A model generated the notes under the pieces. The model was given only the letters and a program-made list of their open reading frames with translations, ran no database searches and was not told the DNA's origin. The position numbers were made by a program, and so were the translations under genes. A stretch of DNA of 61,200 nt from a virus (taxonomy: Duplodnaviria; Caudoviricetes): IMG/VR virus record IMGVR_UViG_3300023184_009672, positions 1 through 61,200 of that record; one strand, given 5' to 3'. Below are positions 10,410-23,017 of this stretch, one piece after another; positions within the stretch are counted from its first letter, which is position 1; every line of letters begins with the position of its first letter.

Positions 10410-11734
10410 AAACTTCAAAAGTAAGAACTAAAAAATACGCAACTCCTTTAGAGGTCATAAGCTATGATAGTTATTCAAAAATGTTTTATTGTCTTGTGCC
10501 TCATTTGGATATGATATTAACAATTCATCCTTCTGCACTTGACTTAAATGAAAAAGAGTTAGATACTCTACAAACCGAGAAAGGGCAAAATGAAAAAGAA
10601 AATAATTGATAAAATTGATTTAGTAATTGAAGATATTATAAATATCCAAGAGCTAATTGATTTTGATACGAGTGATTCTAGCGAATACGATTTAGACTCA
10701 GTAGTTAATCTGTTAGCTGAAATTCGTGGCAGAGTTAATAATGAAGAAGAAGAAACAGAAAAAATTGATTTAAAAGATTTATGAAATTACACCCTAAAAT
10801 TCAAACGATCTGCGAAGAATATGCTGAATCATATGAATGGGTTGAAAGCGATGCAAGTTTATTTATTAATACAGATGTTCAATTTGCAGAAATTATAATG
10901 GAGCGATTAGAAAAGTGTCCACTAGAGTTCGTTAATATGCAACATAAACAAATTAAAGATAAAGTCAATATCTGGTTTAGATTAAAAGAAGATCAAGAAA
11001 AATCTTATGATTTTGAAGATGACGAAGATGACGAAAAGGATGATTTTGCATACTGATATGAACTTTTTTGTAAGTGGACATAATTGGTTTGCTAAAGTAT
11101 CTTTAGATAAAGATGTTAAAAAGTCTGATAGATATACAGAAGCTACCACAAGAGCAATCGAATCTCTTTTAGATCAAGAAGAAAAAGAAGGAGTAGATTT
11201 AAAAGTTTTAAACTATGATGATTATGGGTTGGGCGTAATTACCTTGACATATGATGAAAAGCATAGTAAAAAAGAGGGAGAACATCGAGTAATGCTTACA
11301 AGTAATATTCTAGCCAACGCTGGGCGTTGGGATGATTATAAAATTGTAAAGGATTACGAAGAACAATGTAAGGAGCAAGGATTATGAAACATAAAGTATT
11401 TTGGGAAAAGAATAGCAGAATCAAAGGTATTGTTCCAAAAGAACAGATCATTGAAAGAACGCAAACTCACAAGTTTCCTTGTGGAGCAGTAACTATTCGT
11501 ATGTCTAATGTTAATGACTCAAACCCAACAGCAGTAGCATACTTTCACGGAAAAGAAGCTAAAGGAACTTCTTGGAATGGAAGCAATTATACTTACGCCG
11601 AAAATAAACTTATGGTTAGTTTAAGGAAAGAAGGCAACGGATATAATTTTAATGGTTCTATTATTGACTTTTTTTCCTTGCAAGACCTTAAAGAAGTGTT
11701 AGACTTAGTAAGAGAGACATTAAACAAATTATGA
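10406..11734 (+). CDS. Run of five small hypothetical ORFs (10406, 10590, 10781, 11007, 11384)
   Basis: Overlapping start/stop codons, no recognisable domain. Confidence 0.55.
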
Positions 11735-12423
11735 GCGAAAGAAAAACATTTGAAGAATTGATGCGATCTTTTAGATTTCACAAAAATCCTATCATAAATT
11801 GGTTTCTAACCGAGGTCAATTATTACTCTCATACTTATCTTAATGTTAAGTGGGGATTAAAGAATAAGTTTCAAAGATTAATTCGTGGATATTCTGATAG
11901 TGATTGTTGGAATCTTCCTCAAGCTATTGCAAGGTTCATACTTCCAAGAATCAAGCATCTTAGAAAAAACTATAATAGTTTAGCTAATAGAAATCATTTA
12001 ATTACTATTGATGGCAAGGTTATACAATATAAAGTAGATCAAAAGAATTTAGAACTTAAAGAAGATTCTACTGGATATGTAGAAGGATACATAGACAAAG
12101 AAATTAATAAACCGATATCTTTGGATTCAGTAGAATATGAATATGTATTAGATGAAATTATATTTGCACTACAAATGGTAATAGATGAGGATAGCACAGA
12201 TATTGGTAATTTAGATAGACTCTATGAAGTTTATCCAGAGGGATTCGACCCTATCGAAGATAGACAAATGTTTCTGACTCCTCAAGGAGACGGAACAAGT
12301 TTGGTTGAGTTTGAAAACAAGGATAATATTCAACCAGATTACTCAAAATTAAATAAAGCCTATGAGCGTCAGAGGAACGGACTGATTCTTCTTGGGCTTT
12401 ACTTTAAGGACTTATGGGATTAA
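11731..12423 (+). CDS. Conserved phage hypothetical protein
   Basis: GYSDSDCWNL...ILPR...GLYFKDLWD pattern seen in many phage proteins. Confidence 0.7.
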   Translation: MSERKTFEELMRSFRFHKNPIINWFLTEVNYYSHTYLNVKWGLKNKFQRLIRGYSDSDCWNLPQAIARFILPRIKHLRKNYNSLANRNHLITIDGKVIQYKVDQKNLELKEDSTGYVEGYIDKEINKPISLDSVEYEYVLDEIIFALQMVIDEDSTDIGNLDRLYEVYPEGFDPIEDRQMFLTPQGDGTSLVEFENKDNIQPDYSKLNKAYERQRNGLILLGLYFKDLWD

Positions 12424-12944
12424 ATTATGACAATTCAAGAACAAATATTAGTAGATGTTAACAAAAACTTAACTGGAATAAATCAATCTTTATACCAGTT
12501 AGCAAGCGATATAAATAAATTAATTAAAAAAATATATGAAGAAGATGAACCAACTAAAAAATACAAAAAGAAGTATTAAATCTACTCTTGGCGTACCTAT
12601 GCCACCAGTATTCGGATTTAACCTATTCCATAGATTATATGTTGGAATGTGGAAAGCTATTTACTATAAGAGTTATCTACCAAAGTTCGGTGGCATTAAT
12701 CATTATAGCTATTCTAAATTAGGATTTCATATTAAAGGATATTTATTTGAGATAATTTGGACAAAATGAATAAAACTCAAGTTAGCCAAACTCAATATAA
12801 GTTTATCTTTTATAAGTTTAGTTTCTTTATTACAAACTCTTTGGTCTTTCGACCTATACCAAGGTTTTATAATTTGAGCAATATTTATTTTAATGAAATG
12901 ATTATTGTTTGGTTAGGTTTAACTTTTATATTTTGTTGGGAAAA

Positions 12945-13295
12945 ATGAAACAGAAACTTCAAGATAAAATATTCAAAGACTTTCCAAAACTTTTTGCACA
13001 AAAAGATATGGATATGAAAGAAACTTGTATGTGTTGGGGAATAGAAACTCCAAACGAATGGTATAATATTATATATACAGCTTGTGACTTAATTCAAACT
13101 ATGACAGATAATAATAAACATCTTTCAAAGAAATATCCTCAAGTGGAATTTACTCAAGTAAAAGAAAAATTCGGAGCATTATGTATGTATTACCGACCTA
13201 ATACTGATTATGTAGATGGCATAGTAGATATGGCAGACGCTATGGTGCAAAAGCTGGATAAAAGCAAGAAAATAAATAGAATTTTTAAAATATGA
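12945..13295 (+). CDS. Conserved phage hypothetical protein (QVKEKFG motif)
   Basis: CMCWGIE..W and QVKEKFGALCMY. Confidence 0.7.
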   Translation: MKQKLQDKIFKDFPKLFAQKDMDMKETCMCWGIETPNEWYNIIYTACDLIQTMTDNNKHLSKKYPQVEFTQVKEKFGALCMYYRPNTDYVDGIVDMADAMVQKLDKSKKINRIFKI

Positions 13296-14435
13296 AACCA
13301 AGATATGATTTTGATAAAGGAAAAATGATTTCATATGATGGTGAAATTATTCAGTTTGCAGGTTCAAACAAGATAGACAAGTATTCAGATCAAATCGAAG
13401 AAATAATGAGTTTATTCAATTTAAAAAAGGGAGAATACCTAGTCACAGACGAAAGCAAAATCTCAGACTTTGGCAAAGATACAATCAATATACTTAGGTT
13501 AGCTAAGTTTAAAAAGAAATATAAATTTTCAGTTATGAATAAAGATTTTCTTTACAAAATCGCAGAACGAATGTATAGTTATAGACCATTCTAGGAGATA
13601 TAAAATATGAAATATGTAATATCGTCACAAGACAAAGAGGCTATGATTGATTTTGATAAACTGAAAGAAGGCGAAGTGTTTTCTTTCTTTGACCCAGAAT
13701 CAGTTCAGCGAGGCAATCACGCAATCTATATGAAGATTAGAGTACCTAATTTTACTGGTGCAAACATTATTGATTTAGAAGATGGCAAAGCGTATAGCTT
13801 CTCTGAGAAGAAAAGAAATACAATCAATGACCCAGACGAAAAGCAAGGCAATAAAGTTTATAAACTTAACGCAAAGATCAATATAATTATCATATGAACA
13901 AAATTAAATATACATACTATGTAGAGCAAGACAAGGACAAAGATGGAAATTATGTTCAATCTTTTTCAATCTATAAAGTTCCAGTAGTTAAAACTATTAG
14001 ACTTAAAACATTTAAAAAATTAAGTGATGCAAATAACTTTTTAGATACTTATGAAGGTGATTAGATATTTAAAAGAATTAGAAGATGAGTTTGGTGAGCC
14101 TCTTAACAAGTGGGCGGTTTATGAAGAACAAATTACTGCTAATGGTAATTGGGCATTTAAAGATGCTAAAATATTAAAGACTTTTACAACTCCGCATCAC
14201 GCAAGAAATTGGATGGAAAATGACAGCAAAAGAGATTATTAATCATCTTAAAGATTTACCACCAGAAACTCTTATATGTGTGAGAGGATACGAAGGCGGT
14301 TTAGAAGATGTTAAGCTGTTAAGACAAACAAAAATACTTCAAGACAGAAATAACGAATGGTACTATGGTAGTCACGAAGAAGTATTAGATGCTGATAGCA
14401 AACACTTTGACAAGATTGTGTGGGTTATTCAATAA
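13292..14435 (+). CDS. Run of small hypothetical ORFs (13292, 13607, 14051, 14220)
   Basis: Tightly packed co-oriented ORFs. Confidence 0.55.
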
Positions 14436-14475
14436 TTTTCTTTGACTTTAATTAAAATTCAATTATATTTGAGAG

Positions 14476-15156
14476 ATGGATACAACTAAACCAGATCAGT
14501 TTTTCGCAACCTTCAATGACCTTCATAGTCACAAGGTAGAAGCCTACAAGCAGTATTGGGAAGGTGTTAAGCCTACCACTCAAGACGATATCTTTCGCCG
14601 TTGGCTATTTGCCTTCTGCTCTGTTCATACCACTTGGGAAGGTAATATCAGAGGCTATATGGCTATTCGTGATTTCGTTTATTGGAGATACAATCGTAAA
14701 GAATTGTTAAAGCGTCTTACTCGTTCTGGCGTTGGTTGTCAGAATGAAAGGACAGATTACATTTGGGATTTCGCAAAAGATTTCTGGCAGAATCCAAAAG
14801 ACTTCGCTTGCTACAATAAAAAACATTATGTAAAGGTTCGTGATAGTCTTGTGGAGCGTATTCGTGGCTTGAGCTACGCAAAGGTAAGTTTCGCACTAGA
14901 GATGATTACTCCTATTTTAACCAGAGTTTTATGCGGTGATGTTCACCATCTTCGCTTTTATGGTATGGAGAATTTAAAGTATAGCAAATCAAAAATCGGC
15001 GTTGCAAAGTACAAAGCTATGGAAAAGCATTGGGTTGATAACTGCGACAAATTAAATGTTCCATCTTATATTATGAGATGTATTATGTGGGACGATATTC
15101 AAAAGCAAGCCGATAGTGATTATTGGGGCTATGTTTTAAAACCATTTGCAAAATGA
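14476..15156 (+). CDS. HhH DNA glycosylase, Ogg2/8-oxoguanine glycosylase-like
   Basis: RDSLVERIRGLSYAKVSFAL helix-hairpin-helix followed by DVHHLR, similar to REFLV.NIKGIG.KEAS...DRHILR; leaderless promoter TTGACT(14442). Confidence 0.65.
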   Translation: MDTTKPDQFFATFNDLHSHKVEAYKQYWEGVKPTTQDDIFRRWLFAFCSVHTTWEGNIRGYMAIRDFVYWRYNRKELLKRLTRSGVGCQNERTDYIWDFAKDFWQNPKDFACYNKKHYVKVRDSLVERIRGLSYAKVSFALEMITPILTRVLCGDVHHLRFYGMENLKYSKSKIGVAKYKAMEKHWVDNCDKLNVPSYIMRCIMWDDIQKQADSDYWGYVLKPFAK

Positions 15157-17625
15157 AAGCAACATCTTTTTTTACTGATGCTGAAATAGAGTTAGCTTTA
15201 ACTTTAGCCAGCGAACTTCTTGAAGATAAAAAAGCTATGGATGAGCTTTCTATATCTTGGGATGGTGGTGATAAATTATTGGAACTCAAAGATAAGATTG
15301 ATGTATATTACTCTGATTTAAATAAATGAAATTAAAAGATTTAATAGATCGCAAAATTCTTTTTATAAATTTTCCTATAAATAGATACTCACTTCAAGAA
15401 GGTAAGGTATCAGAGATTTCTCCAGCTGAAAAATGCATCAAGATCAATAATGATTGGCATTTGATAAATAACATTCGTATCATAGAATTGTTCAGCAAAG
15501 AAGAAAGACCATCATTAGGTTTTAATTGACTTTAAAATAAAATGAACTATAATAAAGAAATGGATAAAGCAATTAAAATTTTAGAAGAGCTTGTTATTCA
15601 AGCTGACGAAGATTGTCCTCAAGATTGTAGGACAATGCACTTCGTTAATGCCCTTGAGCAAGCTAGTGAATTTATAATGGAGCATAAGAATACAAAATGA
15701 AACTAGGACGAATTTGCGTGGATTTAAATTATATTGTGGATATGGACAATGACGATATGGTAGCACACGCTACGGAAGCTCTTTATGAAGATTTAATGCA
15801 AGGAATTAAATATGGTGATCTAGCGAATTGGATTCGTATTAGTGAAGATAAGGACGCAAAAGAAGATATGATTCCAGAATTTCTATTGGAGGAAAAAAAT
15901 GACTAAGATAAAAATTGGAAAATTTAAGAAAAAGAGCGTGTATGATGCTGATATAGAAATGGATGCAGATACTCAAAACTATCTTGCTTCCATTGGGCGA
16001 GAAGTTATAACAGAAGAACAATACATCAATATCGGATTTAATCACGCTTTAATTCGTGGCCTTGAGATAGCTGAATCACAAGATAAGTGTAATAAGTTAG
16101 ATGGGAAAAGTAAAGTCAAAAATCGAAAAAGGACTCGATAAAGAACAAAAAACATTTGCTCTAATGGCAAAAAAAATCATTGACGCTATCAAAGACGAAA
16201 AAGAACTCAGAGCATTTGCAAAAACTTCACTAGAAATACTTTACAAGGACAACCCAAACTTATTCTCAGATCACGCAAAATTAAAGTTGAAGAAAAAATA
16301 AATTCAGTATAATATAAGAGTATGGAAGAAGAAGTCAAAGCGGTTCGCACAATGAAAGAGTTTGTAACTTGGTATAAGCAAAAAGAGAGTCTTAACGCTG
16401 AACAAAGTCTACAAGGCGATTTAGAACTTCATAAATTTTACATTAAATTTAAATACATTATTGAGCAAGATGAAGAAGAGAATATAAGGATGGGAAAACT
16501 TTTAGGATAATATGGAAAATCAAAAGACATTAGTGGCTAAAGTAAATAAAGAGTTGCACGATTTAGAAGATGATGTGTCATCATTGGTAAAATGGCACGA
16601 TGAACACCATAAGAGTATTTCTGGTATAAATTGGAAAGAACTTGAAAAGGTAGAATCTCTAGTAAAAAAGATTAAAAAATATATCAACAAGAAATGAAAA
16701 ATTTAATTTATTTTGGCCTTGGACTTATTCTAACATTGATTTATTATATTTTCATACCAATCTTTGCTATTGGCAAATTAATTTTAAAACTTTTTAAAAA
16801 ATGAAGAGAAGGCAAATTTTAGAAGATTTAGAGCAAAGAGTCAAGGAGATGCTCGCAGGGGATAAGCTCTCTGGCGAAAATAAAGGTGCTACTCCATTAG
16901 ATTATATTCGTTGGGCTATTGAAGAGATTGAATTAAATTCACCTAAAGAATAGTTCTTGCTTTAAAAGTAGAACTCTGGTATAAATAATCAAGATGAAAT
17001 TAAAAGCACAACAACATTCTAAAAAAATCGTATCGTTTATTAACGAGCAATATCCAGACCATAAAGATGATATCTTACTTGCTGATGGATTTGATAAGGC
17101 TTTTCTAGGCATTGGGCAAGCATTTAATGGTAATCCAGTTGCAATTTATTGTACTGACAAATGTATTAGAATCCTAATGCAACAATTTTCTGAATCAGAT
17201 GACCCAAAAACAGAGGCTATTGAATATTTTGATTATAATGTAATAGGTTCTTATGTGGGAGAATTTACTCCGATCTTTATGAATAGGTTAGCTTAATGAA
17301 ATTGCCAAAATTTGACTTTTTAAATCTTGCTACAACATATATTCTATTTGGTTTAATCTATGGAGTGATTGTAGCTGTTGTTTGGAATTATCTTTTTGAA
17401 CCTATTTCAAATATCCATTTATCTATTCTTCAAGGATTTGGGATTCATTTGATCACCAGAATATTATTTGGTAATACTAACACAAATTATGTTAGTAACT
17501 TTTATACTCCAAAAACTCCAGACCTAGATAAGATTGATAGTTATTTAAAAGAAATGCAAGCAGATTTAGATAATGAAGCAGACGAAGTTGAAAGACAATA
17601 CGAAGATTTAGATAAAAAAGACTAA
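15153..17625 (+). CDS. Run of about 12 small hypothetical ORFs, including 16994-17296 (ADGFDKAFLG family) and membrane protein 17296-17625
   Basis: Coupled ORFs and several internal promoters. Confidence 0.55.
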
Positions 17626-17773
17626 TAATATTATAATAATCTTGTGATAGATTATTTAATTGGTATTTTCCTTGGTATAAGCATAAATTTGATTATAGGT
17701 TATATGTGTTATTTGTTTCATAAAGATTTAAAAAATCTTGCTTAAATTATATATTTAAAATATATTGATTGGA

Positions 17774-18187
17774 ATGAATTTTAATAAAATAATCGAAGTG
17801 ACTTACGCTTTGATTAATAAACATAATGCAGATTTAAGATGCAGACACTTTTCTTTTATAGTTGATCGTAATAGAATAGTTAGCATAGGTATGAATAATT
17901 CTAAGACCCATCCTATGAATTTGAAATACAATTATATTAATAAAGTTAATGAAAAGATTAGTGAAATTGTTGGTACTCATTCAGAATTAAATGCTGTGAT
18001 AAGATTTGGTGAAGAAGATTGTAGCAACTTAACACTTATTAACACTAGAATCAATAGAAATAATGCATTAGATAACTCTGCACCTTGTAATGGATGTATG
18101 GATATGATAACTCAATTAAATTTCAAAAATGTTTATTATAGTAATATAAAAGGACAATTTGATAAATTGCATTTGACAAATAATTAA
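17774..18187 (+). CDS. Zinc-dependent cytidine/dCMP deaminase-fold protein
   Basis: THSELNA (HxE) and APCNGC (PCxxC). Confidence 0.8.
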   Translation: MNFNKIIEVTYALINKHNADLRCRHFSFIVDRNRIVSIGMNNSKTHPMNLKYNYINKVNEKISEIVGTHSELNAVIRFGEEDCSNLTLINTRINRNNALDNSAPCNGCMDMITQLNFKNVYYSNIKGQFDKLHLTNN

Positions 18188-18208
18188 ATGTCCTATATTA
18201 TACAATAT

Positions 18209-18385
18209 ATGGCAAATAGACCCAAAACATACTTCGTTAAGATGACAGACAACACTAATGGTACAATTACTATTAGTGAAGCTAAGGTTCTTGATAAAGT
18301 TAACCAACATACTCGTCATTGGCGATCCTTTGATAAGCGTAAGTTAACCAGCAAGCTCCGTAGTTCTGATCTCGTAACGAGTTAA
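18209..18385 (+). CDS. Small basic hypothetical protein
   Basis: Leaderless promoter TTGACA(18174); hairpin at 18403-18430 downstream. Confidence 0.6.
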   Translation: MANRPKTYFVKMTDNTNGTITISEAKVLDKVNQHTRHWRSFDKRKLTSKLRSSDLVTS

Positions 18386-18550
18386 AGTATAATACGATTA
18401 CATTCTTAGGGATTAATACTCTCTAGGGGTGTAATCTATTTTACTATGAAGTCTATTAATCATAAGGAAAATTCAGTCGCTAGAAGAAGTTAATCTAGCT
18501 TGACATTTTAATCAATTTAAATTAATCTTAAACAAGAAAGAGGACAAGTT

Positions 18551-19024
18551 ATGAAAATACTATGCCGTTTATCCGTGTTGTTGTGTGGTGCTTGGTTACT
18601 ATTCAACAATGAAATTATATCACCATCAAAGAAAGCTATTATACCTAGTAATATTAAAAATCAAATGGTAGATTCTTTTATTAAAAATGCAGTTCCAAAA
18701 AAAGAAATCAAGGTTCGTTTAACTGCTTATTGGGCAAAGGGTAGCGATACTGATTCTGATACAGCAAAGCGTAGAAGTTCTACTGGTGCTACTCTCAAAC
18801 CCAACAAAAGCGTTGCAGTTGACCCAAGAATTATTCCCTTCTTTTCAAAACTTTATATTCCTAATCTTGGGTTTAGGGTTGCTCACGATACTGGCACAGA
18901 TGTTATCAATAAGAAAGCTAGTCACGGCAAATATCCTATTGTTGATATATTCTTTATGACCGAAAAAGAAGCTATGAGATTTGTTAATAACAATCCTAAG
19001 ATAGTTAAAATCGCCGTTTATTAA
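18551..19024 (+). CDS. 3D-domain (MltA-like) peptidoglycan-modifying protein
   Basis: LTAY, VAVDPRIIP, AHDTG, VDIF three-Asp motif; N-terminal hydrophobic anchor. Confidence 0.85.
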   Translation: MKILCRLSVLLCGAWLLFNNEIISPSKKAIIPSNIKNQMVDSFIKNAVPKKEIKVRLTAYWAKGSDTDSDTAKRRSSTGATLKPNKSVAVDPRIIPFFSKLYIPNLGFRVAHDTGTDVINKKASHGKYPIVDIFFMTEKEAMRFVNNNPKIVKIAVY

Positions 19025-19025
19025 A

Positions 19026-22000
19026 ATGATTATTGATGATAGCATTAGTTTTTTTGGGGTTTATTTTCATAATTGTATTTTAAACTTAGGATTGTCTAAA
19101 TCTTTTGCTGATCTTTATTCCTCTAATAAATATAAAAGTGTTGTATTGTGCCAAAAAGATAATAAAAATGGATATTTATTAACTCAAAGTATTTTAACAG
19201 AAAATCAAAAAGACTTACCTAATATGAGAAGCTATTATTTTGCTGATAAGAAAGCATTAAAAGAAGGTTATAAAAATATCTCTGACAGAATAGATTCCAG
19301 CGATAAAATTTTTTATCTTTTAAGAAGTAATTTTAATTCTGATTTTAATGATTCAGAAGCTATTGTGGCAAAATGGAAGGAAGAAATATCAGATGAAATC
19401 AAATAAAATTAAATTATTATCAGAGCATTTGACAACATTAAATTATTGGAGAGATCAATTATTAGCTCTTGAAAGAACACATTATAATAGAGATTACGAA
19501 AAAGAACGAACTTGCCGTAATATGATTAACAAATATTTAGATGATGTTTTAGACTACAATAAAAATATTAAGAAAAACACTAAAAACTAGGTGTAATAAG
19601 AAATAAGCATATATTATGGAAATTATAATCTTATCAGTTTGTTTTATTTTAGGTGGAGTTTTCGGAGTTCGTCTATGAACTGGCTAACAAACCTATTTTG
19701 GGATATCAGATTCAAGATAGAAGATGCTATCTATGATTGGAAAAATAAAGCTGATTTAACTGAATGGGATAGAGAAAATTCAATGGACTTTGATAACGAA
19801 GAAGTAGAAGTAAAGCCAAAGAAAAAAAAGAAAAGTGTTAAAAAAACTAAAAAAAGCCTTTAAGTGGTTGTTTAATATGAAATTGGGTTGTGGTTGTTCT
19901 AGTTGCGGTTGTAAAAAATAATTCTTGATTTACTTCGCAAGTCGTTGTATAATACAAAAATGGATGGACTTATTTGTTTTGGATTTATTTTTTTTATTTT
20001 CCTTGTCTTTTTTAAAAAATTATACTAATATAGTCTTATGGCATTAACAAATAAAGAAATCAAAGCGATCAAACACTTCGCATATAGTATTAAAAATTCT
20101 GGTATGAACCCTTGGGGTAATCAAAGGCGGGGCAAAGCCGTCAGAGAGCTTCATATGGGTAAGAGTAAAAAAAGCGTTTTCAATAAAGAGGATGTTCTTG
20201 GAACTCCAAAGATAGAAAAGATTCAAAAAAATAATCGTAGATAATATTTGACTATATTCTAAATTTAGATTAATATAACAATATGCAAGAAACACAAACA
20301 TACACTTGGTCGGTAAAGGCAACAAGCGGTCAGCTAGTATTAGCCCCGAAGGTATATCCTACTCTTCGTGGTGCGAAAATCGCCAGCAAGCGTTTCGCAA
20401 ATAAGACTGGTGGATCGGTTGTTTCAGTTTCAGCCAAGTAATCAAATAGTAGGATATATGGTTCAATCCCAGTATCCTATTATAAATTAAAATTATGTGG
20501 ACTCCAATAGAAATCTTCGCTTTAACTTTCCTTTTGAATCATTCGCCAATGGCATCCGAAAGACTTTCAGTAAAAGAAGTAATGCAAAATCGTGAAGCTC
20601 TATCTCTTATAGAAAGTGTTGGTTTAAGAAATGACTTTTAATCCTATTAAAATTATCGTAACCTTTCTTGTTTTTTTAGCTTGGGTATTCTTAGCTTTTC
20701 TTCTGATGGGTTGTTCAACAACTTCTCAAGTAGGCAAAGATCAAGGATGGTTTCCTTCTGGTATGGCAGAGGATTCTCAAGATTATCCTACTAAATACAA
20801 TATGATGGATAGTCAAGATGGTAGCAAGAATCCTAACGCTCAAGTAAGAATTTTTGGTGCAACATATTAATTCTTGACTTAATTTAAAATAAAGGATATA
20901 AATAACAAATGAAATTTACATTAAAAGCAGAAGGTATTGGCTACAATGAGGCCACTAAATCAACTAATACAATGGAGTTTGAAGGAGAATGTTTAGGTGA
21001 TATCACAAGAGATATAGCTACATTCTTGAGAGGTGCAGGATTTTTCTTAGATAGTCTTGAAGTTATCAATGAAGATTCTTGCGAGGATACTTTAATTGAG
21101 GAAGAAAATGAAGAACAAAACGAAGAAATCTAAAAATATCTTAGGTGTTCGTAAGGCTAAAAAGAATGAGAAGATTGATAATCTTCCAAAAATCTCTATC
21201 TTAAAAACACTACAAGTTAAAGTAACTCAAATGGAACTTGATGTGGATGATGGACTATTTGAGAAGTTTGCTAAAATTGGTTTGGCTATGGTTAAGTATG
21301 ATAAGAAAGCATTATTTAACTACGCTATGAACAAAGCTCTCGATAATCGTATTGACTCAATATAAATTCAAGGTATATTGAATATATGAGCAAAACTAAA
21401 ACGAAGAAAACTAATATAGTAAGAATTGAAATCAACAGAGGTATGGCAGAAGTTGTGTCTAAACCAGCAGGGGTAGTTGTTGAGATTGCTGACTTTGACA
21501 ATGAAGATCATATTGAAACATACGGAGTTAGGCAAGTTATCAAATGAAAAAGAAATTCAAGAACGCATTAAAGTTTTTTAAAAGCCTTAACCAAGACGAG
21601 CAAGAAGTTGTTTCTCGTAATTATGTTGAGATGAGTAAGATGGATTTGATTGAACTTGTATTCCAGAATAGACCTTACTATGATGATCTTGATAAGATCG
21701 TTAGCTCTTACAGAAAAGATTTAGTTCTTCTTGAGAAAGAACAGAATAAAAGCAAAAAGGAATATCAGAAAAAATTAGCTGAACATAAGAGTGGCAAGAG
21801 GCACAAGGTTACAATCTATACTATCACAGATGACATTAGCAACAAACACGGCTCAACTTGCGAGCATATTCTCGAATCGTATGCTGATGAAGCAGAAAGC
21901 GATTGTTACGGATGCGTTACAAGAGAAGAAGATGAAAATTTTATGACAGATAAGGAATTAGATGTTTGGGCTAAGGACAATGGAGCAGAAAAAGAATTAG

Positions 22001-22541
22001 CCGAGTGGAGAGAAGAAAAGGGTTTAGAAGAGTTTGATATGGATAGCAAAGAAGTTGTGATTAGAAAAGTTAGAAAGTGTTCATAAGATGAAGAAAAAGA
22101 ACTTTAAAAATGTCAAAGACTTCCTCAAGACTTGTTCCGAGGATGAACAAGAGTATATCTATGGTTTGTTTAACAATGCTCCAGCAGAAGATTTAATTGA
22201 GTTGCTTTTTGAACATCTGCCAGCAAAGAATACTATAAAAGAAATTAAAGGATATAGAGAAGAGATGAAAGAAGAAATGGAATGGGACGATGCAGAGGCT
22301 AAGAAATTAAATAAGAGAAAGTGCGATTGTGATTTTGTTGGATGCCAAGGATGCTAATATGATTCTATTAAAAGAAATTTTAAGTAGGATTTTATATCAT
22401 ATTGGAGATATTATTAGTTTAACTACTATGAGATTTGGAGATGGATATGGTTGGAGAATCTATAATAAGATTATGCTTTGGAGTGTTGACTTAGACAAGA
22501 ATGGCAAGATTTGGAAATATGTCAAACCTAAAAAGAAATGA
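19026..22541 (+). CDS. Run of small hypothetical ORFs, including putative lipoprotein 20631-20870
   Basis: LLMGC lipobox in 20631 ORF; others without recognisable domain. Confidence 0.5.
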
Positions 22542-22873
22542 CATTTAATAACTATCAAGCCAATGCTGGCAGAACTGCTTTTTATCCAAGAGATTTTAAG
22601 AATGAAGGATTATACTATACTACTTTAGGACTCGTTGGTGAAGCTGGCGAGATTGCTAACAAAGTTAAGAAGATAATGAGAGATAGCGATGGAAAACTTA
22701 CCAAAATAAACAAAGCAGATATATTTGATGAACTTGGTGATGTTCTTTGGTATTGTGCCAGTTTAGCAGATGAACTTGGGGTAAATCTTGAAGATGTTGC
22801 AAAATGTAATTTAAATAAACTTGCGGATAGATTAAATAGATGTACAATAAAAGGAAGCGGAGATAAAAGATGA
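22538..22873 (+). CDS. mazG: MazG-like nucleotide pyrophosphohydrolase
   Basis: LGLVGEAGEIANKVKK...DELGDVLWY...N..KL..R....GSGDKR. Confidence 0.9.
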   Translation: MTFNNYQANAGRTAFYPRDFKNEGLYYTTLGLVGEAGEIANKVKKIMRDSDGKLTKINKADIFDELGDVLWYCASLADELGVNLEDVAKCNLNKLADRLNRCTIKGSGDKR

Positions 22874-23017
22874 TAATTTCTAATAAAGAACTAACTTGCG
22901 TTGATTGTGGCGAAGTTGTCACACCAGAGCAAATGAAGCAAGATAAGATTCGTATGCACAGATATAAAGATGACTTTTATTGTGAAGTATGCTATGAAGA
23001 TGTAACGGAGCAAATCT

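Noticed and set aside
20449-20480. GGTTCAATCCC as part of a tRNA
   Set aside because: Only a single hairpin; no D or anticodon arm
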